In this document: piece by piece, positions 27,037-33,540 of the stretch | How the letters are laid out: every line of letters begins with the position of its first letter | How positions within the stretch are numbered: position 1 is the stretch's first letter | Source: Candidatus Altiarchaeota archaeon | Lineage (GTDB): Archaea; Altiarchaeota; Altiarchaeia; IMC4; QMZM01 | Assembly (NCBI GenBank): GCA_016931955.1 | Contig: JAFGDV010000025.1 | Span: 1-33,540, forward strand | Length of the DNA stretch: 33,540 nucleotides | Reading direction: 5' to 3' | Position numbers and translations under genes: made by a program | The notes under the pieces: generated by a model | What the model saw: the letters and a program-made list of their open reading frames with translations, nothing else | What the model was told of the DNA's origin: nothing | Databases searched by the model: none

Positions 27037-27696
27037 ATGGCTGACATGTCAAAGAAAACATGGTGCGAACTTGAAGGGATGAGAGACAGAGGCATTATCA
27101 TACCAATTGGGAGTGTTGAACAGCATGGACCCCATCTTCCGTTGGAAACTGATTCCCTGCTAGTGGAAAGAATCGCTGGGGAGGTTGCTGAACGAATAGG
27201 TTGCTTGGTTGCCCCGACCCTCATCCTTGGAGTCTCCGAGGAGCACATGGATTTTGTGGGCACGATAACACTGAGCCCGGAAACGTTCAAGGGCGTGGTC
27301 TATGACGTCTGTAACAGCCTGAGTAGGCATGGTTTCAGTAAACTGCACATCATCAGCTACCATGGGGGTAACAAACAATATCTCGTTGAGCTGCTGCCCG
27401 AGATCAAGGACGCTGGGATAACGGCCACACTACACCGTGTCTTAGGCAGATTGGGTAAATTCGATCACGCTGGCGAAGTGGAGACGTCTTTGATGCTCTA
27501 TCTTTTCCCGGAACTGGTTAGGAAAGATAGGGTAGAGAGATTTCATTATAGGATTCCGGCAGGTTATGGGTGGAGGACGAAGGACTATTCAGAGAGTGGG
27601 GTCATAGGTGAGGCTGTGGAAGCGAGTCCTGCTAATGGCATTAAATACTTTAATCAGATAGTGGAGGCTATTGTGGAGGAGATAGAAGATGAGTAG
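27037..27696 (+). CDS. arfB: Creatininase-family protein, probably ArfB formamide hydrolase of archaeal riboflavin synthesis
   Basis: PIGSVEQHGPHLPLETD, GVSEEH..F.GTI, HGGN, DHAGEVETS. ArfB call rests on its position before ribB. Confidence 0.7.
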   Translation: MADMSKKTWCELEGMRDRGIIIPIGSVEQHGPHLPLETDSLLVERIAGEVAERIGCLVAPTLILGVSEEHMDFVGTITLSPETFKGVVYDVCNSLSRHGFSKLHIISYHGGNKQYLVELLPEIKDAGITATLHRVLGRLGKFDHAGEVETSLMLYLFPELVRKDRVERFHYRIPAGYGWRTKDYSESGVIGEAVEASPANGIKYFNQIVEAIVEEIEDE

Positions 27697-28390
27697 ACTG
27701 GATGATGCTTTAGAGGACCTTCGTAGGGGCAGGTTTGTTCTTGTTCATGACTTTGAGAGCAGGGAGGATGAGATAGATCTGGTGGTCGCCGCAGAATTTG
27801 TGAAACCGAAGCATGTGGCGAGGATGCGAACTGACGCTGGTGGATTGATTTGTTTGGCCGTTGACGGGGAATTGGCTGAAAAAATCGGTTTGCCTTTTAT
27901 GGTGGACGTCTATAGGTCGACGATGGATAACTTTCCCTTACTTACGCATCTGATGCCAAATGACATAAAATATGACAACAGGTCTTCTTTTTCCTTAACA
28001 ATAAACCATCGGAAAACGTATACTGGAATACCCGACATCGACAGAGCCCTCACGATCCAAGAACTGGGAGCATTCTGTAGAAACCTTCCTGAAAACACAG
28101 GTGAAGCATTCGGGGAAAAGTTCAGGTCGCCTGGGCATGTTCACCTGCTTATCTCCTCGGATCTTAAGAACAGGTTGGGTCATACGGAGCTGTCGACTGC
28201 TCTCTTGAGGATGGCCGGGCTTACGCCTGTTGCTGCGATCTGTGAGATGCTTGATTCCTGGACCCACCACGCCTTGCTTAAAACCGCAGCGATTAAATAT
28301 GCGAAAGAACATAATTTAATCTTGTTGGATGGGAACGAGGTGAAGAAGGCCTATGAGAAACTTCAGAAAGTTTCATCATCAGAACGAGGT

Positions 28391-28393
<3 letters not shown>
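27689..28393 (+). CDS. ribB: 3,4-dihydroxy-2-butanone-4-phosphate synthase
   Basis: D...REDE.DL, MRTDAGGLIC, SSFSLTINHRKTYTGI.D.DRA.TI, FRSPGHV, GHTELS, CEMLD. Confidence 0.95.
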
Positions 28394-29181
<788 letters not shown>

Positions 29182-29185
29182 AAAA

Positions 29186-30493
29186 ATGTCAGTAAACAGC
29201 TTGTTTCGGGTGTTGTTTCATCCCTCTGACTCGTTTTTTTATGAAGGATCTGAGGCCTCCCTCGGAGGGGCTGTTAGGAACATCATGCTTGCTGTGATAC
29301 TGGTTTCGCTCATATGTGGTGGCCTGATCATAGTGCTGGTATTGGTCTTGGGCGTAGTTGCTTTCCCTTTTATGTTCGGGCAGACTGGTGCCTTGATTCC
29401 AAGCTTGTTGTTGGTCATCCCATACATGATACTTAGCATCCTCGTTGCCGGATTGCTTATGGTTATTATCTTGTTCATCGAATCCTTCATTCTCTTCGTA
29501 ACATCCCGGATCCTTGGCGGGGGCGGGGATTTTACGACGCAGACATATTATCTCTCAATGATCGAGGCCGTCTTCATACTTATTTCGCCGATAACCTCTA
29601 TTTTATCCCTTATACCCCTCCTTTCAATTATCGTTCTTCTCTACTATCTGTTCCTCATCACGATCGCTTTGAAGGAGGCTCACGGCTACGGTATTATCAG
29701 GGCTGCCTTGAGCTGGCTGATACCTGCAGCTGTGATGCTTGCTTTAGTCTTCTTCTTCATCTCATCCTTGATCATGATAATCAACAGTCAACTTGCTGAA
29801 ATGGATCTTGGGGGTATAGAGACTGCTGGTTTAGTGGAAACTGTGGTGGATTCCGGGATACCTCAACAACCCTCTGGCCTCCCATCTGGGACCCATCAGA
29901 CAATCTCTTCTCCGGGGTTCTCCTATGAACTGTATCTGCCCTGGAATTATTCTTCAGAAAGACAATATCCTCTGGTGATCTGTTTCTCCCCTAATGGCAA
30001 TGGGGCTGACTTTCAGGATTCAGTCTACCCTGTCACTAACGAATATGGGTATGTATTGGTTGGTTCCAACGACTTCAGGAACGACGTTGATTCCAGTATA
30101 TTCCTCCCAAGGATCTATGGGAGTTTAGCGGATATAAGATCTAGGGTTAATATCGACGGAAACCGGATCTATGCCTGCGGTTTCTCTGGTGGGGGCATGG
30201 CCTCCTATGTGGTCTCCTATTTTAAGCCGAACTACTTCCAGGGATTGATTGTCAACTCCGGGAGCATACATGGTAGCCTCTACAACAAAGAGGACCTTAG
30301 GAGGATGGGCGTCAGAAAGGTTGTGTTGATCTGCGGCAGAGGAGATGGCGTTGTCTCATGCGAGCATATGGAGAATGATGAGAGATGGCTCAATGCCTCT
30401 GGGATAGAGACATACTTTATAGAGTTTGATGGCGGGCACAGTATCGCCCCACAGGATAGCTATATCAAGGCTATTGAATGGCTGGAGACTTAA
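29186..30493 (+). CDS. Yip1-like membrane domain fused to an alpha/beta-hydrolase (esterase/peptidase)
   Basis: About 5 TM helices with LGG.G.F..T and AL..AHG....RA, then LYLP..Y......PLVI, RIYACGFSGGG, GRGDGVV, GGH (putative Ser-Asp-His triad). Confidence 0.8.
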   Translation: MSVNSLFRVLFHPSDSFFYEGSEASLGGAVRNIMLAVILVSLICGGLIIVLVLVLGVVAFPFMFGQTGALIPSLLLVIPYMILSILVAGLLMVIILFIESFILFVTSRILGGGGDFTTQTYYLSMIEAVFILISPITSILSLIPLLSIIVLLYYLFLITIALKEAHGYGIIRAALSWLIPAAVMLALVFFFISSLIMIINSQLAEMDLGGIETAGLVETVVDSGIPQQPSGLPSGTHQTISSPGFSYELYLPWNYSSERQYPLVICFSPNGNGADFQDSVYPVTNEYGYVLVGSNDFRNDVDSSIFLPRIYGSLADIRSRVNIDGNRIYACGFSGGGMASYVVSYFKPNYFQGLIVNSGSIHGSLYNKEDLRRMGVRKVVLICGRGDGVVSCEHMENDERWLNASGIETYFIEFDGGHSIAPQDSYIKAIEWLET

Positions 30494-30512
30494 AATAAAA
30501 AAAGGTGATATG

Positions 30513-31013
30513 ATGGAGAAAATAAATCTAGGAATTGTTGCGGCGGAATTCAACTATGATATAACGTATGCCATGGTTGAATTGGCAAAGGAACATGCGA
30601 GGTTTCTTGACGTAGACGTTGAGGAAGTCGTTAGAGTTCCGGGTGTTTTTGACATGCCTTTGGCGGTGAAGATGCTCTTGGATAGGAATGACGTGGACTG
30701 CGTGGTCGCCCTCGGCGCCGTCATTGAGGGTCAGACGGAACACGATGAGATTGTTGCACAGCATGCTGCGAGAAAGATCGCTGATCTTGCTCTCGACTAT
30801 GGGAAGCCTATCGGTCTTGGGATAGCAGGTCCTGGTATGAGCAGGCTTGACGCACATAAGCGGATCGAGTATGCGAAGAGGGCTGTTGAAGCCGCCGTTA
30901 AGATGTGCAAGGTATTGAAGGGTTCCGGATTCCGTTCAAAGGGAGGGGACGAAGGGAAAGACGACAACTTCGACATTAACCCGAATGTGGGCAGGTTTTT
31001 GGAGATGGGTTAG
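30513..31013 (+). CDS. ribH: 6,7-dimethyl-8-ribityllumazine synthase
   Basis: LGIVAAEFNYDIT, VPGVFDMPLA, LGAVIEGQTEHD, KPIGLGI.GPG; AGGTGA RBS. Confidence 0.96.
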   Translation: MEKINLGIVAAEFNYDITYAMVELAKEHARFLDVDVEEVVRVPGVFDMPLAVKMLLDRNDVDCVVALGAVIEGQTEHDEIVAQHAARKIADLALDYGKPIGLGIAGPGMSRLDAHKRIEYAKRAVEAAVKMCKVLKGSGFRSKGGDEGKDDNFDINPNVGRFLEMG

Positions 31014-31342
31014 AGCAGCTTCAGTTTTCCCGTTATTTTGTCTATGTCTTCCTCGGGTGCGGGGCCTATGCCTACGCAGGTTACCGTGCCTGGGGGGATC
31101 TCTGTTCTTCCCGCGTCGCTTATTAGTGAAACTGGGAGCCCTGTCTTCTTCGCTTCCTCATAGATACCCATCAGTTCTTCAAGGTTGCTGCAGCCTAGCA
31201 CGGATTTCTTCTGCATGTCTCTCATCCATTCTTTCCTCCACTTGCTTTTTTCGGCTGCTTCGACGGCTGCATGCGCTACCTGCGCCGCCAGTTTTCCCTT
31301 GCTTAGCCTCAGGTCTTTTCTTACGACGATTACCTGCTTCAT
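31010..31342 (-). CDS. pth2: Peptidyl-tRNA hydrolase Pth2
   Basis: KQVIVVRKDL.LSKGKLAAQVAHA, DAGRTEI.PGT.T..GIGP, IDKITG.LKLL. Confidence 0.97.
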   Translation of the reverse strand: MKQVIVVRKDLRLSKGKLAAQVAHAAVEAAEKSKWRKEWMRDMQKKSVLGCSNLEELMGIYEEAKKTGLPVSLISDAGRTEIPPGTVTCVGIGPAPEEDIDKITGKLKLL

Positions 31343-31379
31343 CTCTTCTAATAAATATTGAAGTCTATATAGTTAAGGT

Positions 31380-32435
31380 ATGAAGGAGTTATGGGTGAGG
31401 GCTGACCAGAATCGGCCGTGGGATAATAGGAAGAAGTATGTCACATCTGCCCTGGAGAGTGGCGCAGATGCTGTCTTGGTGAAGGATGGGGAAGGCGTCA
31501 AGGTCAGGGAACTGGGCAGGATTAAAGTCGTTTCTGGAAGCGAAGACGCCGACGTCAGACTCTTTAAGTCCTTTGATGAACTTAGGGGTAAGGGTGTTAA
31601 GGCCTTCTATAAGGTCATCAAGTCTAAAGGGGATGAGGAGGAGATCGTCTCCGCCGGGGGGCGGGCTGAATATGTTGTCGTGAAGGCATCTGATTGGAAG
31701 GTCATCCCCTTGGAGAACTTAATCGCTGCTCTACGCGGTAAGGCGAGGATTATCGTGGAGGTTTCTTCATTGGATGAGGCGCGCCTGGCATTGGAGACCC
31801 TCGAAGTCGGATGTGAGGGTGTTCTAGCAGACGTTAAACCTGGGGACGTCAGCAGATTCAGGGACGTGGTGGATTCGGCTTCAACCGAGAAGCTGCCTCT
31901 TTCAGCTGCTGAGGTGTCTGATGTTAAGCAGGTTGGCATGGGCGACCGAGTCTGTGTTGATACTTGCTCTGTCTTTGAGGGCGCTGAGGGCATGCTAGTA
32001 GGCTCGCAGTCTAATGCCCTTTTTTTGGTTCACGCGGAGAACATCGAGACGCCTTATGTGGCGCAGAGGCCTTTCCGGGTTAATGCGGGTCCCGTGCACG
32101 CCTACACCAGGATGCCTGATGGGAAAACCAGGTATCTTAGTGAGTTGTCTGCTGGGGACTCTGTTCTCGCAGTCGATGCCGGAGGCAACACCCGTGGGAT
32201 GGTCGTCGGGCGTTTGAAGATTGAGAGGCGACCCTTGATTCTCGTGGAGGCTGTGTTTGAGGGTATCAGGTTTAAGACTATCTTGCAGAATGCTGAAACC
32301 ATTAGGTTGGTTTCGCCTAAGGGCGGGGCTTTGTCTGTCGCATCCCTTAAGAGGGGCGATAAGGTATTGGTCTATCTTGAGGACGGGGGCCGACACTTCG
32401 GCATGAAGGTCGAGGAGACCATAGAGGAGAAATAG
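31380..32435 (+). CDS. aroB': 3-dehydroquinate synthase II
   Basis: DWKVIPLENLIA, GMGDRVCVDTCS, EGMLVGS, RPFRVNAGPVHAY, T.YLSEL, GRLKIERRPL, LQNAETIRL, RHFGM...ETI.EK. Confidence 0.95.
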   Translation: MKELWVRADQNRPWDNRKKYVTSALESGADAVLVKDGEGVKVRELGRIKVVSGSEDADVRLFKSFDELRGKGVKAFYKVIKSKGDEEEIVSAGGRAEYVVVKASDWKVIPLENLIAALRGKARIIVEVSSLDEARLALETLEVGCEGVLADVKPGDVSRFRDVVDSASTEKLPLSAAEVSDVKQVGMGDRVCVDTCSVFEGAEGMLVGSQSNALFLVHAENIETPYVAQRPFRVNAGPVHAYTRMPDGKTRYLSELSAGDSVLAVDAGGNTRGMVVGRLKIERRPLILVEAVFEGIRFKTILQNAETIRLVSPKGGALSVASLKRGDKVLVYLEDGGRHFGMKVEETIEEK

Positions 32436-32459
32436 TATATAAGACTTGAGGAAAACTTT

Positions 32460-32824
32460 TTATTTGCTCATTTTTTCGGGGGTATTGTTTAGTCTTATTA
32501 TTGCTGTTGTCAGGTCTTCATAGACGTTCACGCCTTTTTGTATATTTGGTCGAATGTTGGGGAGTGAGGGAATAAACCGATATTGATTAGGTCTTTGACG
32601 TCTTCGGCGTCTTTTTTAAGTTATTCGATTAGGTTTTCTGTTATTTCTTGGTGGGCGCCTTCGGTGTCTTCTTTTTCTCCTTCTAGGACTTCTTCGACTC
32701 GGCCGTCTGGGAGATTGAAGGCGCCGCCTTTTTTAAATCCGCTGTGTATTGGGGCGGAGGTGATTTTTAGCCTGCAGCCTACGTGTTGTACATGTTCATC
32801 TGTTATGTGGAATAGGGCTTTCAT
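32460..32824 (-). pseudogene. Decayed acylphosphatase-like gene
   Basis: HVQHVGCR...G.AFNLPDGRVE.VLEG acylphosphatase motifs. TAA at 32621-32623, then LKKDAEDVKDL.., and after a frameshift QKGVNVYEDLTTAIIRLNNTPEKMSK* ending at 32460. Confidence 0.6.
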
Positions 32825-32957
32825 CTTTAATCAGACTCAATTAAGTATACGCTGGGGGGGATATATGGGGTTTACTCTGCTCCTGCGTGTCCGTTGTGAG
32901 GGATAGTTCATCTGGTTTCATTTAGTCTCAGATATTTGGGACTTATTGGAATGGGAA

Positions 32958-33515
32958 TCAATCTATCTTGTGGGCATATAGTCTTCCGGCGTCTGTTAGT
33001 TTTGCTTTGATGTTTCTTCCTTTTCGGCTGGTCTCTATTAGGCCGTCTTTTTTTAGGTCGCTTAGGTGGTAGCTTATTCTTGATCTCTCTGATTCGGTTT
33101 TTTCTTTCATGAGTTCTTCTAGTAGTGTCTCTGTGTTTTTGAGTTTGACTAGTATTTCTTTTTTCTCTTTTGATAGTTTTTTTAGGGGCAGCCTTGGTGC
33201 TTCTTTGACTGAGCGTATTCCTGTTATTTTTCCGTTCTTATATTCCGGTAATCCAATGTATGCCTTTGTTTCTGTGGTTTGGGCCGCCAGGTATGCTGCT
33301 ATTCCTGCTGTGCGCAGTGATCCGGATAGGTTTATTTTGACTTCGTTTTCTGCGGCCTGTTCTTTTCTTATCACGTCTATTAGTGTCAGCGCTGTCGCTG
33401 TGACGTCGTCTAAATATATAAGACTAAAAAATGATTTCAGGGCGGAATCCAAGGACATTAAAAGATTCAATGAAAATACCGAAGACCTCCCATGCAAGAA
33501 AACAATAATCTTCAA
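32958..33515 (-). CDS. Csa3-like CARF + winged-HTH regulator, N-terminus probably truncated
   Basis: VKINLSGSLRT..IAAYLAA (CARF core motif), P.LP...LSKEKKEIL, RSRISYHL.DL...GLI....GRN....LT..GR (wHTH). Sequence beyond ~33415 does not look like the first half of a CARF domain. Confidence 0.65.
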   Translation of the reverse strand: MKIIVFLHGRSSVFSLNLLMSLDSALKSFFSLIYLDDVTATALTLIDVIRKEQAAENEVKINLSGSLRTAGIAAYLAAQTTETKAYIGLPEYKNGKITGIRSVKEAPRLPLKKLSKEKKEILVKLKNTETLLEELMKEKTESERSRISYHLSDLKKDGLIETSRKGRNIKAKLTDAGRLYAHKID

Positions 33516-33540
33516 GCACGGGAAGATGGGAGAATCAGTA

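Noticed and set aside
30985-31383. Plus-strand ORF over pth2
   Set aside because: Antisense shadow of a well-conserved gene.

Overview
Archaeal genomic window. Markers include L10e, EF-1beta, P1/L12, archaeal-type PheS, Nob1, Pth2, archaeal RibC, DHQ synthase II and TATA promoters; an Altiarchaeota/DPANN-like or euryarchaeal origin is only my inference. The first 8.5 kb is the 3' part of a giant membrane-anchored surface glycoprotein gene that is open from the window edge. It has Ig-like modules, DUF2341-type inserts, CARDB, 11 DCGG Cys-rich repeats, one TM helix and a PIN-like cytoplasmic tail. The standout is at its 5' end. A complete-looking intein (Cys at 51, ...WSGN ending at 1172, then Ser) has no homing endonuclease. 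Instead it carries a two-gene antitoxin + PIN toxin (VapBC-like) operon on the opposite strand, with its own TATA box, while the intein frame stays open across it. The rest is mostly housekeeping: a DUF835/V4R/KaiC module, DUF99, HerA, pheS, rnhB, rpl10e, ef1b, metG, GGR, nob1, rpl12, a class V aminotransferase, a riboflavin cluster, pth2 and aroB'. There are also two or three decayed genes, several intergenic multi-hairpin elements and a 37-bp-periodic array of palindromic boxes. All family assignments come from motif recognition by eye; no searches were run.
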